A stretch of 64,000 nucleotides of DNA from an uncultured Planctomycetota bacterium (GTDB taxonomy: Bacteria > Planctomycetota > PLA2 > JAEUHO01): positions 1,856,001 through 1,920,000 of the forward strand of contig CAVVXN010000005.1 of NCBI GenBank assembly GCA_963752285.1, read 5' to 3'. Below are positions 1-9,297 of this stretch, piece after piece. The notes below the pieces were generated by a model. That model ran no database searches, was not told the DNA's origin, and worked only from the letters and a program-made list of their open reading frames with translations. A program made the translations under genes and the position numbers. Positions within the stretch are counted from its first letter, which is position 1. Each line of letters starts with the position of its first letter.

Positions 1-69
1 CAGGGCGGCGCCGACGAGGGCCGCCGCGAGGACCGGCGGCACGCGCAGCCGTGCGCCGGAGGGGCGCAT
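1..69 (-). CDS. 5' end of an exported protein, truncated by the window edge
   Basis: ATG at 69 overlaps the TGA of the HEAT gene (TGATG). It reads MRPSGARLRVPPVLAAALVGAAL, which is signal-peptide-like. Confidence 0.6.
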   Translation of the reverse strand, partial: MRPSGARLRVPPVLAAALVGAAL

Positions 70-3000
70 CAGCGCCCCGGGGCCTCGCCGCCGCCCACAC
101 GCGACCACCAGCGCGCCCAGCGGTCCGCGACGCGGATCGCGTCGCGCTGCGAGGTGGTGCGCCCGACCTCGCCGAAGTCGAGGCCGGTGATGCGGCGGAG
201 GGCCACCGCCGCCCCGCGGCGGATCAGCGCGTCGTCGTCGCGGAGCGCGCGGACGAGCAGCGGGACGGCCGACGGGTCGGACCCGCCCTTCACGTACGGC
301 TCGAGCGGACCCGCCTCGTATCCGCGTCGGCGCAGCGCGTCGCGGAACCAGGTGCGGTCCGGCTCCTTGCCCGCCTGGATGCGCGCGCTCGCGTACCACG
401 ACTCGTACTGCTCGGCGACGAGCGCGTGGCTCGCCATCTGGAAGCGGACGAGCGTCACGTCCTCGAGGGCGTGGATCGCGTCCTCGGCCCGGTCGGAGTC
501 GGCGCCCCGGACCACCGCGATGAGGTACGGGACCGAGGTGCCGAGGTTCTGGCCGGCGAGCGCGAGGGCCGCGGCGCTCGAGACGCGCGGGTCCTTGTCC
601 TCGAGGTACGAGGTGAGCACCTCGCGCACGACCGCGCCATCGAACCGGCCGAGCACCTGCACGAGACGCTCGCGACGCGCGGCGTCGGACTGCCCCTCGG
701 TCAGCGCGCGGACCACGCCGTAGCGGGCCTCCTCGGTGCCGAGGCCCGCGAGGGCGTCACCGGCGGCCTTCTCGACGGCCGCGTCGTCGTCCTTCAGGAG
801 ATAGAAGGTGAGGAGGTTCACGGCGTTCTTGTGACCGGTCTTCGCGATCGAGGCGAGCGCCGCGGCGCGGAGCGGAGCCTTCGCCGGGCCGCGCTCCTCG
901 GCGAGCATGAGGTTCAGGAGCGGGTACGCGTCGTCGGCGCGGACGTCGCCGAGGCCCTCCGCCACGGCGAGCCGGACGGACGCGTCGCCCTCCTTGTAGA
1001 TCTTCTCGAGCGTCGCCATCGCGTTCTCGTCGCCGAGGTGGTGCAGGCCGACCGCGGCCTCCACGGCCACGTGTCGGTCGGCGTCGCCCTCGAGCACCTC
1101 GAGTCCGGGGCTGAGCGCGTCCCCGATGGCGGCGAGCCCCGACGGGTCCTTCGCCCGCGTCGCCTCGACCAGCGTCCACGCCGCGCGCGCGGCCGCGGTG
1201 CGCATCGGCGCGCGCGTGTCGGCGAACGCGTCCTTGATCTCGGCCACGCCTCCCGCCGCGAGGAGGTTCGCGAGGAGCTTCGCCGCCGCCGGCTCGGAGC
1301 GGACGGCGAGGGCTTCCGCGAGCTGGTGGCGCACCGGGCCCGCGGCCGGCTCGGCCAGAGCGAAGCGGACCGCGCGGTCCTCGACCTGGCCGAACGCCGG
1401 CATCGAGGTCGCGGCCACGACCAGGTCGCGCGTCTCGCTCGTGGTGAGCGTGCCCGCCTGGGGGTCCTCCGCCTGGAGGTCCTCGAGGAGGTCGAGCGCC
1501 TCGGCACGCTCGGCGTCGCCCGCCAGGTCGTCGAACGAGGCGACGACGGACGCGCGGAGGAGCTGGCGACGGTCGGACGGGTCGGCCTGCTCGAAGATCC
1601 CGACGTTCGTCGTCCACCACGCGTGGGGGTCGGGCCACTGGTCGGTATCGCGGTACCGCTGCCAGCGGTTCGCCTCGGCGAGCGAGTCGAAACGGAGGCG
1701 CAGGAGCGCGTAGCGTGCGTCGGACGCGGGCACGAGCATCCGCCGGAGCTGGTTCCCCACGCCGAGCGAGATCAGGAGGTGCTCGTCGGCGCTCGGCTTG
1801 GTCACGGCCTCCGCCGTGAAGATGCCCGCCTCCTGGATCGCCTGGACGAGCGCGAGGTACACGCTGCGCTTCAGCACGATGTCGCCGTCCGAGATCGTCC
1901 CGTCCTCGGGCCGGAACGCGTAGTGGCGCCGGCGCCCGTCCTCGTCCACGGTTTCGAGGAGGACGCGTGAGATCGGGAGGTCGTGCTCCGAGATCGACGC
2001 CAGGGGACGACGGGCCTGGAAGTGGTCGCGCTCGCCGCGCCACCACGTGGCCCACGCGACGGCGGTCGCGGGGAGGTCTACGCCGGACAGGCGCCGAAGG
2101 GCGGCGAAGACCGGGTCGGCCAGGCTCGAGAAGTCGCGGAAGTGGGACCCGCCGATGGTGTCGACGAGCACGTCCACCACCGTGCGGTCGAGGAGCGCGC
2201 GGACCGACTCGTCGGCCGCGTCGCCGGCGCCGTAGGCGAGGGCCACGGCCGCCGCGCCGCGCGGGAGCCGCTCGGGATGCAGCAGCCCGCGGCGTCCCGC
2301 GAGCTCCGAGAGCGTCTTGGGCTCGAACGGGTTCATGTCGCGGGTCCGCGCGACCTCGACGAGCGCGAGAGCCGCGTAGGCCCGCTCGCGCGGCATGCCC
2401 TCGACGGCCAGCTCGTTCAGCTGGTGGATCACCGCGTCGTCCGCGTGCAGCGCGAGGAGCACGCTCGCGCGCCGGGACACGTCCGGGTCGAGGTCCGACA
2501 GCGCCTGGACGAGCCGGGGCGTCGCGTCCTGGACCCCGGCCGGGCCGAGCAGTCTCAGTCCCGCGATGCGCACGCCCGGCTTGTCGGCGTCGAGCAGGAG
2601 CAGCACGCGCGGCGCGTCGCTCGCGTCCACGTGCGTCACGAGGAACTCGGTGGCCTTCTGTCGGAAGACCGGCCGGTTCAGGGTGAGGAACGAGAACAGC
2701 CACTCCTTCGTCTTCGCCGGGTCGAGCGCCCACGCGGCCTCGAAGAAGTCCTCCGCGCGGCTCCCGTTCTCGCGACGCGCGGCAGTCCGCAGGATGATCT
2801 GGATGTGGGCCGGCTCGCCGAGGCGTCCGATCACCCACGCCGCGCCGGGCTGCGCCGCGCTCTCCTCGCCGTTCAGGATCTCGAGGAGGCGGGGCAGGAC
2901 CTCGGCGCCCCGGAGCAGCAGCGACTCGGCGGCGCGCACGCCCGCACGGTCCGGCCACTGCGCGAGACCCTCGACGTCGGCGCGGTACGGGTCGTCTTCC

Positions 3001-3170
3001 GGCGCTGGGACGGGCGCGGGGGCCGGCGTGGTGCGCGGGGGGGTCGTCGGGGCCTGGCCGGGGGGCGGCCCGAAGTCCATCCCGGAGCCACGGGCGAACG
3101 CGGGCGACGTGCCCGCGAAGAGCCCCAGGAGGAGCGTTCCGACGCACGGGAAGAGGAGTCGTCGCACCAT
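69..3170 (-). CDS. Large exported HEAT/PBS-lyase repeat protein (~1033 aa)
   Basis: GGAGG precedes ATG 3170. It has a signal peptide (MVRRLLFPCVGTLLLGLFAGTSPAFA) and many HEAT-like repeats (LLDADKPGVRIAGLRLLG, ALSDLDPDVSRRA, LEDKDPRVSSAAALAL, ALRDDDALIRRGAAVAL). Confidence 0.85.
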   Translation of the reverse strand: MVRRLLFPCVGTLLLGLFAGTSPAFARGSGMDFGPPPGQAPTTPPRTTPAPAPVPAPEDDPYRADVEGLAQWPDRAGVRAAESLLLRGAEVLPRLLEILNGEESAAQPGAAWVIGRLGEPAHIQIILRTAARRENGSRAEDFFEAAWALDPAKTKEWLFSFLTLNRPVFRQKATEFLVTHVDASDAPRVLLLLDADKPGVRIAGLRLLGPAGVQDATPRLVQALSDLDPDVSRRASVLLALHADDAVIHQLNELAVEGMPRERAYAALALVEVARTRDMNPFEPKTLSELAGRRGLLHPERLPRGAAAVALAYGAGDAADESVRALLDRTVVDVLVDTIGGSHFRDFSSLADPVFAALRRLSGVDLPATAVAWATWWRGERDHFQARRPLASISEHDLPISRVLLETVDEDGRRRHYAFRPEDGTISDGDIVLKRSVYLALVQAIQEAGIFTAEAVTKPSADEHLLISLGVGNQLRRMLVPASDARYALLRLRFDSLAEANRWQRYRDTDQWPDPHAWWTTNVGIFEQADPSDRRQLLRASVVASFDDLAGDAERAEALDLLEDLQAEDPQAGTLTTSETRDLVVAATSMPAFGQVEDRAVRFALAEPAAGPVRHQLAEALAVRSEPAAAKLLANLLAAGGVAEIKDAFADTRAPMRTAAARAAWTLVEATRAKDPSGLAAIGDALSPGLEVLEGDADRHVAVEAAVGLHHLGDENAMATLEKIYKEGDASVRLAVAEGLGDVRADDAYPLLNLMLAEERGPAKAPLRAAALASIAKTGHKNAVNLLTFYLLKDDDAAVEKAAGDALAGLGTEEARYGVVRALTEGQSDAARRERLVQVLGRFDGAVVREVLTSYLEDKDPRVSSAAALALAGQNLGTSVPYLIAVVRGADSDRAEDAIHALEDVTLVRFQMASHALVAEQYESWYASARIQAGKEPDRTWFRDALRRRGYEAGPLEPYVKGGSDPSAVPLLVRALRDDDALIRRGAAVALRRITGLDFGEVGRTTSQRDAIRVADRWARWWSRVGGGEAPGR

Positions 3171-3321
3171 GAACCCTCCACTGTCCCACGTACGCAGGGT
3201 GCGGTCATCCACGCGTCATCCGGCCGAGGCGAAGCGGATCGCCGGACGGGAGGGGGGACCGCGCCGGGCCGATTCGTGACGCGGGCGTGACCCCTCGCGT
3301 CCGACCCGGGTCTCCGTCCGG

Positions 3322-5430
3322 TCATCCGCCCTCGAGGTCCCCGCCCGCGCGGACGAGACGCGTCGCGAGGAGCGCGGCGAGACCGGCGTGCTCGGCGCGC
3401 TCGAGCGCGGGGTCCTGCCGGAAGAGGAGGGCCGCCTCGCGACGCGCGGCGTCGAGGATCGGGAGGTCCCGCGGGAGCCGCGCCGCGACGAAGCCCGCGT
3501 CGCCGTGCTGCCGCGTTCCGAACACGTCGCCCGTGCCTCGGAGCCGCAGGTCCTCCTCCGCGATCTCGAACCCGTCGTCCGACCGCGCGAGCACGGCGAG
3601 CCTCGGCGAGGGCTGCTCCTTCGACCGGTCCACGAACACGGCGAGGCCGCCTGCGGTGCCACGTCCGACGCGGCCGCGGAGCTGGTGGAGCTGGGAGAGG
3701 CCGAACCGCTCCGCGTGCTCGACCACGAGCAGCGTCGCGTTCGGGACGTCCACGCCCACCTCCACGACGACGGTGGCCACGAGCACGTCCACGTCGCCCG
3801 CGCGGAACGACGCCATGACGTTCTCCTTCTCGGCGCGCGCGAGACGCCCGTGGAGGAGGCCCACCCGCGCCTTGGGAAGGGCCCGCGCCCACGCGTCGCG
3901 CCCCTGCACGGCGTCTCGAAGGCCCACGCGGTCGCTCTCCTCCACGAGCGGGTAGACGACGAACGCCTGCCGGCCCGCCGCGAGCTCGTCCTGCACGCGG
4001 TCGAACACGCGGGGGCCGTCGGTTGGCCGCACGACCCACGACGTGACCGGACGTCGGCCGGGCGGACGCCCCTCGACGACCGAGAGGTCGAGGTCGCCGT
4101 ACACCGCGAGCGCGAGGGTCCGCGGGATCGGCGTCGCGGTCATGACGAGCGTGTGCGGGTGCCGGATCGTCGTCCCTCCCCCCTTCCGGGCGAGGTCGTG
4201 GCGCTGTCGCACGCCGAATTTGTGCTGCTCGTCCACCACGACGAGCGCGAGGCGTCGGAACCGGACGTCCTTCGACAGCACGGCGTGCGTACCGATCACC
4301 AGGTCGGCTTCGCCGGCGGCGATGCGCCCCAACGACGCTTCGCGCGCCTTCCCGCGCCGCCCCCCGAGCAACGTCTCCACGCGGACCCGGCTGCCCTCGA
4401 GAAGCGCGAGGAGCGTGTCGGCGTGCTGGCGCGCGAGGATCTCCGTCGGCGCCATGAAGGCGCCCTGCGCGCCGGCCGCCACCGCCGCGAGGAGCGCGTA
4501 CGCGGCGACCGCGGTCTTGCCGCTCCCGACGTCGCCCTGTACGAGCCGGTGCATCGGCCACGGCCGCGCGAGGTCCTCGACCACGTCCCGGACGACGCGT
4601 TCTTGCCCGGGCGTCAGCGCGAACGGCAGTCGGCGGCGGATGCGCTCGTCCACCCGCGCGTCCACGCGGATCGGCTCGGAGAGGTCCAGGCGCCGGCGCG
4701 CGCGACGGCGCTGGAGGAGCACCTCGTGCACGAGGAGTTCGTCGAACGCGAGCCGGCGGCGCGCGGCCTCGGCCTCGTCGAGGTCCGCCGGGAAGTGGAG
4801 CACCTCGAGCGCACGCGCGAGCGGGACGAGGCCCTGGCGGCGGCGAACCTCCTCGGGCACCGCGTCGTGGACGGCGACGGCCGCGCGCGTCGCCTCCCAC
4901 GCGGCGCGTCGGACGAAGGGCGCGCTCAGGCCCTTCGCGAGCGGGTGCACCGGAACGATGCGTCCCGCGCCGGGCACGCGGTCGCCGCCCGTGTCGTCGG
5001 CGGGGAGCGCCTCGAGCGCGGGACCGACCAGCTCCACGGTCCGTCCCCGGGCCTTGACCGGGCCGTAGAGCGCGACCCGCGCGCCGACGGCGAGCGGCCG
5101 CCGGACGAACCCGCGCTGGAACCAGCGGACGCGGACCGCGCCCGTCTCGTCGGCCACCACGCCCTCGAGGATCGACAGGCCGCGCCGCGCGCGAAACGAC
5201 CGCGAGGAGACGACCGTCCCGACGACGAGCACCGTCTCGCCGTCGGCGAGCCGCGCGACGGGCGTCGGGTGGCGGCGGTCCTCGTACCGGCGGGGCGCGA
5301 GCCGGAGCAGGTCCTCGACCGTGGCGACCCCGAGCGTCTGAAACGCCGCCCGCTTCGCCGGCGTCACGCCGGAGAGGACGCCGACGTCGTCCTGTGGCCG
5401 GGGGACGACGTGGCTCGTCGTCCGGCTCAT
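3322..5430 (-). CDS. recG: ATP-dependent DNA helicase RecG
   Basis: Motifs PRRYEDR, LPFALTPGQ, QGDVGSGKT, MAPTEILARQH, DEQHKFG, MTATPIPRTL, ATVVVEVGVDVPNAT, HQLRGRVGRG and DLRLRG. Confidence 0.97.
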   Translation of the reverse strand: MSRTTSHVVPRPQDDVGVLSGVTPAKRAAFQTLGVATVEDLLRLAPRRYEDRRHPTPVARLADGETVLVVGTVVSSRSFRARRGLSILEGVVADETGAVRVRWFQRGFVRRPLAVGARVALYGPVKARGRTVELVGPALEALPADDTGGDRVPGAGRIVPVHPLAKGLSAPFVRRAAWEATRAAVAVHDAVPEEVRRRQGLVPLARALEVLHFPADLDEAEAARRRLAFDELLVHEVLLQRRRARRRLDLSEPIRVDARVDERIRRRLPFALTPGQERVVRDVVEDLARPWPMHRLVQGDVGSGKTAVAAYALLAAVAAGAQGAFMAPTEILARQHADTLLALLEGSRVRVETLLGGRRGKAREASLGRIAAGEADLVIGTHAVLSKDVRFRRLALVVVDEQHKFGVRQRHDLARKGGGTTIRHPHTLVMTATPIPRTLALAVYGDLDLSVVEGRPPGRRPVTSWVVRPTDGPRVFDRVQDELAAGRQAFVVYPLVEESDRVGLRDAVQGRDAWARALPKARVGLLHGRLARAEKENVMASFRAGDVDVLVATVVVEVGVDVPNATLLVVEHAERFGLSQLHQLRGRVGRGTAGGLAVFVDRSKEQPSPRLAVLARSDDGFEIAEEDLRLRGTGDVFGTRQHGDAGFVAARLPRDLPILDAARREAALLFRQDPALERAEHAGLAALLATRLVRAGGDLEGG

Positions 5431-5864
5431 CGGGCCCCGCGCGGGCGAAGCACCCACGCGTCCGGGTGGAGGCGCCGGATCCGTTCGAGGCGGGCGTCCC
5501 GCTCCGGACCCGGCGGCAGTGCGCTCGCGATCTCCCACGCCGCTCGGCCCGCCGCGGGGGTGTCGGGGTCGGTCCTCGCGAGGTCCTCGAGCAGGTCCCG
5601 GTCCCCGAGCGACAGCGCCAGGAGGAGGCGCGCCTCCGCGTCGTCCTCGGCCCAGAGCGACGAGCGACGGACCTCCCGCGCGGCCGCCGCGGCGGCCGCG
5701 AGGTCCCCGCGCTCGTACAGGGCGAGGGCGCGCTCGAGGAGGGCCGGGCGGTCCCGCGGGGACGCGAGGCGGGGGGTCGCGAGCCGCCCCCGAGCGACGT
5801 AGCCGAGCGCCGCGCCGCCCGCCGCGGCGACGAGGAGGCCGAAGAGGAGCGGGATCCGGCCCAT
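5427..5864 (-). CDS. Small membrane-anchored TPR-like helical protein (145 aa)
   Basis: N-terminal hydrophobic helix (MGRIPLLFGLLVAAAGG) and TPR-like segments (ALALYERGDLAAA, LARTDPDTPAA). ATGA overlap with the recG start. Confidence 0.7.
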   Translation of the reverse strand: MGRIPLLFGLLVAAAGGAALGYVARGRLATPRLASPRDRPALLERALALYERGDLAAAAAAAREVRRSSLWAEDDAEARLLLALSLGDRDLLEDLARTDPDTPAAGRAAWEIASALPPGPERDARLERIRRLHPDAWVLRPRGAR

Positions 5865-5998
5865 CGTCGAACGCGAGGGTACGGCGCGGCGGCGACGGCC
5901 GGGAGGCTCGGACTCGGACTTGCGCGGATTTTGCGAACGGCGACCCTGGCCGGTGCGTAGGTACTCGATAGAGCCGGCGGGTCGAGGGGCCCTCGATG

Positions 5999-6027
5999 GG
6001 AACTCCCCCGCACCCGCCTGGGTCCAA
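5999..6027 (+). promoter_or_regulatory. Putative autoregulatory ECF-sigma promoter GGAACT-N17-GTCCAA
   Basis: Matches the GGAAC...GTC pattern typical of ECF promoters and lies immediately upstream of the ECF sigma ATG at 6030. Confidence 0.6.
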
Positions 6028-6029
6028 GG

Positions 6030-6641
6030 ATGGCGGAAACCACCCCCAAGCCCTCGTCGAGCGACCCGGACCTCCAGGAGCTGGAGGCCTTCCGGCGCGG
6101 CGACACGGGCGCCTTCGACCTGCTGGTCGTCCGCCACCAGGACCGCGTGTTCCGGCTGGCGCGACGTCTCCTGTCGGACGCGGAGGCCGCCCTGGACGCC
6201 GCCCAGGAGACCTTCGTCAAGGCCTGGCGGGCCCTCCCGCGCTTCGAAGGGAACTCGCGATTCTCCACGTGGCTCACCCGCATCGCCATCAACCAGTGCC
6301 GGAACGAGCTGCGACGCCGCCGCACCGTGAAGCACGCGCGACCGCTCTCCCTCGACGCCCCGATCGGGACCACGGATCACCCGCGGACGGAGCTGATCGC
6401 GGACGGCTCGCCCGAGCCCTGGGAGGTCGCACGCGGACGCGAGGTGGGCCGGTCCATCCGCCTGGCGCTCCTCGACCTGGAGCCGGAGGCGCGCGAGGTG
6501 CTGGTGCTGCGCGAGGTCGAGGACCTCTCGTACGAGGAGATGGCCGAGGTGCTGGCGGTGCCCGTCGGCACGGTTCGGAGTCGGCTGCACCGCGCGCGGG
6601 CCGAGCTCAGACGCCGCGTGGCGCCCGTCCTCGACGGGTGA
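6030..6641 (+). CDS. ECF RNA polymerase sigma factor (RpoE/SigW-like)
   Basis: Region 2 (DAAQETFVKAWRALPRFEGNSRFSTWLTRIAIN) and region 4 (LSYEEMAEVLAVPVGTVRSRLHRAR). Confidence 0.95.
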   Translation: MAETTPKPSSSDPDLQELEAFRRGDTGAFDLLVVRHQDRVFRLARRLLSDAEAALDAAQETFVKAWRALPRFEGNSRFSTWLTRIAINQCRNELRRRRTVKHARPLSLDAPIGTTDHPRTELIADGSPEPWEVARGREVGRSIRLALLDLEPEAREVLVLREVEDLSYEEMAEVLAVPVGTVRSRLHRARAELRRRVAPVLDG

Positions 6642-6717
6642 GACCGCCCGCCCCCGAGCCCCCGCGCGGACGCACGATCAAGCCCTGGCCCGACGAAGCC
6701 TCGAAGGCGCACCCGTA

Positions 6718-8178
6718 GTGGATGCCATGCACGACCACGAGACCGGCCCCCGCCCCGGATCGGATCCGCCCCCGCTGGACGAGCGGGAGGAGGAGCTGCT
6801 GAACGACCTCCTCGACGGTCGCCTGGACGAGGCGGGCGTACGGGAGACGAAGGAGCGGATCGGACGCCACGAGCCGACGCGCGAGGCGTGGGACCACATG
6901 CGCCGCCTGCGGGCCCTGCTCCGGCAGGACGACGGCGTTCGCGCGCCGCGCGCCTTCCTGGCGTCGGTCCACGCGCGCATCGCCGCCGGGACGGCCGAGG
7001 ACGGGCGACGTCACCTCCCTCCGGCGCGTCCCGCCGAGCGCGGGCGGACGTGGCGCGGTCTCGTGCCGTGGCTGTCCCTCGCCGCGGCCCTCGTCGTGGT
7101 GGGCGTCCTCGTGGGACGCCGCGCGCCGCTCTCGGAGCGCACGGCGGCCCCCCCGCGCCCGGGCCCGCTGGAATGGGCCGGGGCGACACGGAGCGACGCC
7201 CACGAGCGCGAGCGGCTCGCCCAGGACAAGGAAGCCGAGCTCGGGGCGCGCGCGGAGGCGGCGGCCCGGGCGCCCGCGCGGGGCGGGTTCGCGCCGGGCG
7301 ACGCCGTGTCCCCGGGTCTCCGCGCGCCCTCGGACGAGGCGTCCGCCCTGGCGAGCGCGGCGGACGACCGGTCCGTGGGAGCGACGGACGGCCTCACGCT
7401 CGAGGCCCCGGTGCTGACGGTCGTGCTCGAGGCGCCGTCGCTCACGGAGGGCCAGGCGCGCCTCGACCGCGTGCTCGCGTACGTGCGGAGCACCCGCGGC
7501 GCGGCGCTCGCCGGCGCGGCCGGCGCGCCCGCGGCCGGGGACGCCTTCGGGATCGCGGGCCGGGGCGCTCCGCGGACCTCGGTCCCGGCCGAGGCCCTCC
7601 TGATGCGACTCGTCCCGTCCGGGGATCGGGCGGCCGAGACCGCCGGCGGGGGCACCGTCATCGGCTCGCATACGATCGCCCTCGAAGCCGGCGACCTCGC
7701 GTGTCTCGAACGCCTCGTCCGGGCCCCCGCCGCGGCGGCTGGCGGAGGCGGCAGCGCGACGAAGAAGACGGACGGGCTCGAGCCCGCGGCGCCCGTCGCC
7801 GAGAACCGCCCCGACGCCGGGCCCCTGGCGGGCGCGGTGTCCGCGCCGCACGAGGCTCCGCCTCCCGCCGCGTCGCCTCCGTCCGCGTCGCCCTCCCCGG
7901 TCCCCCCCACCCCCACCGTCGCCTTGCCCCCGCCGCCGGATCCGGCGCCGTCGATCTCCCCGGTCGAGAAGGCGTCCGGCGCGGCGGCCCCGGCGTCCGA
8001 GCCGAGCGCGGACGGTCCGCGTCCCGGCGCGCCCAAGGCCGCCGCCGAGTCGGGCTCCGGCGCGGCGCCCGCAGGACGCGACGCGAAGTCCCCGGGCGCA
8101 GCGCGTCCGGAACCCATGACGAAGGACGCCGCGATCCGGCTCGTCCACCTGCGCGTGGTGTTCGTCCGGCCCCGGTGA
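6718..8178 (+). CDS. Putative transmembrane anti-sigma factor
   Basis: Directly follows the ECF sigma. It has an anti-sigma-like N-terminus (LLNDLLDGRLD), one TM helix (WLSLAAALVVVGVLV) and a Pro/Ala-rich periplasmic tail. The start may be ATG 6727. Confidence 0.8.
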   Translation: MDAMHDHETGPRPGSDPPPLDEREEELLNDLLDGRLDEAGVRETKERIGRHEPTREAWDHMRRLRALLRQDDGVRAPRAFLASVHARIAAGTAEDGRRHLPPARPAERGRTWRGLVPWLSLAAALVVVGVLVGRRAPLSERTAAPPRPGPLEWAGATRSDAHERERLAQDKEAELGARAEAAARAPARGGFAPGDAVSPGLRAPSDEASALASAADDRSVGATDGLTLEAPVLTVVLEAPSLTEGQARLDRVLAYVRSTRGAALAGAAGAPAAGDAFGIAGRGAPRTSVPAEALLMRLVPSGDRAAETAGGGTVIGSHTIALEAGDLACLERLVRAPAAAAGGGGSATKKTDGLEPAAPVAENRPDAGPLAGAVSAPHEAPPPAASPPSASPSPVPPTPTVALPPPPDPAPSISPVEKASGAAAPASEPSADGPRPGAPKAAAESGSGAAPAGRDAKSPGAARPEPMTKDAAIRLVHLRVVFVRPR

Positions 8179-8235
8179 CTCGGGCCGAGAGTCGGCGAGC
8201 GGCGCCCGACCGGCGTCGGCGCCCCCGTCCCTCGG

Positions 8236-9078
8236 TCAGCGGGAGCGCGCGGCGCGGGCCACGAGCACCGTGATGTTGTCGGGCCCGCCGCGGTCGTTCG
8301 CGAGCGTGATCAGCCGCTCGCACAGGTCGCCCGGCGACCCGCCGCGCTGCATCTCCTCCTCGAGCTCACGATTCCCCACCACCGCCGTGAGTCCGTCCGT
8401 GCAGAGCACGAGCGTGTCGCCGGGCTCGAGAGGCTCGGTCTGGTGCACGACGTCCAGGGGCTCGTCCGTGCCCAGCGCCTGGAGGATGATGTTCCGGCCG
8501 GCCATGCGCTCGGCCTCCTCCTCGCTGATGATGTTGTCCTCGATCAGCTTGCCCACCAGACTCTGGTCCTTCGTGAGCTGTCTGAGCTTCCCCCGATGGA
8601 AGAGGTACGCGCGGCTGTCCCCCACCTGCGCGACCTCCGCGTTCTCGCCCCGGACCCAGACCGCGGTGAGCGTCGTCCCCATCCCCCGCCGCTTCGGGTT
8701 GCTCTCGCCCTCGCCGCGGATGCAGGCGTGCGCGGCCTCGACGGAAGCCTTCAGCATCTCGCCGAAGCCGTTCCCGGCGAGCCGGTAGGGATCGACCCAG
8801 CGGGACCGCCGGGCCATCTCGGCGCCGAGCGTCTCCACCGCCAGGCCGCTCGCGACCTCGCCGGCGAGGGCGCCGCCCATCCCGTCCGCGACGGCGAGCA
8901 GCATGCCGGGGAAGACCGACTCCAGCTCGCCGTTCGTCTCGCCGAGGTGGGCGCCCGGGCTGCCGAGCGCGCTCGCCCAGAGCGCGTCCTCGTTGTTCGT
9001 GCGGACGCAGCCGGTGACGGAACGACCGCACCAGGTGAGGCGAAGGCGCGGCACGACCTCCTCGGGGTTCACCTGCAT
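8236..9078 (-). CDS. PP2C-family Ser/Thr protein phosphatase (PrpC/Stp1-like)
   Basis: Motifs RTNNEDA, VADGMGG, GTT, VGDSRAY, CTDGL and GGPDNIT. Confidence 0.93.
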   Translation of the reverse strand: MQVNPEEVVPRLRLTWCGRSVTGCVRTNNEDALWASALGSPGAHLGETNGELESVFPGMLLAVADGMGGALAGEVASGLAVETLGAEMARRSRWVDPYRLAGNGFGEMLKASVEAAHACIRGEGESNPKRRGMGTTLTAVWVRGENAEVAQVGDSRAYLFHRGKLRQLTKDQSLVGKLIEDNIISEEEAERMAGRNIILQALGTDEPLDVVHQTEPLEPGDTLVLCTDGLTAVVGNRELEEEMQRGGSPGDLCERLITLANDRGGPDNITVLVARAARSR

Positions 9079-9190
9079 GTGGGAAGAGACTCCCCCGTTG
9101 GACAGGTCCACATCCGCGCCCGTCGAGCCGTGTGCCCAAGGGGCGGTTCCCGGCATCGTCGCGCGGGAGAACCGTCTCGGGGCGCGAGCC

Positions 9191-9219
9191 ACGGTACGGG
9201 AAGGTGGAGTCCCCATCAA
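9191..9219 (-). promoter_or_regulatory. Putative sigma70 promoter for the PP2C gene (TTGATG-N17-TACCGT)
   Basis: -35 at 9219-9214 and -10 at 9196-9191 with a 17-bp spacer. Confidence 0.5.
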
Positions 9220-9262
9220 CGGACTTCAAGGGTGGGTCTGAACCATGGGCCGCCAGGTCACC

Positions 9263-9291
9263 TTGACGCTGCCCGCGCGGGTCTCGACAAT
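9263..9291 (+). promoter_or_regulatory. Putative sigma70 promoter (TTGACG-N17-GACAAT), leaderless geometry
   Basis: Near-consensus -35/-10 with a 17-bp spacer. The GTG start lies 6 nt after the -10. Confidence 0.65.
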
Positions 9292-9297
9292 CCGCCC

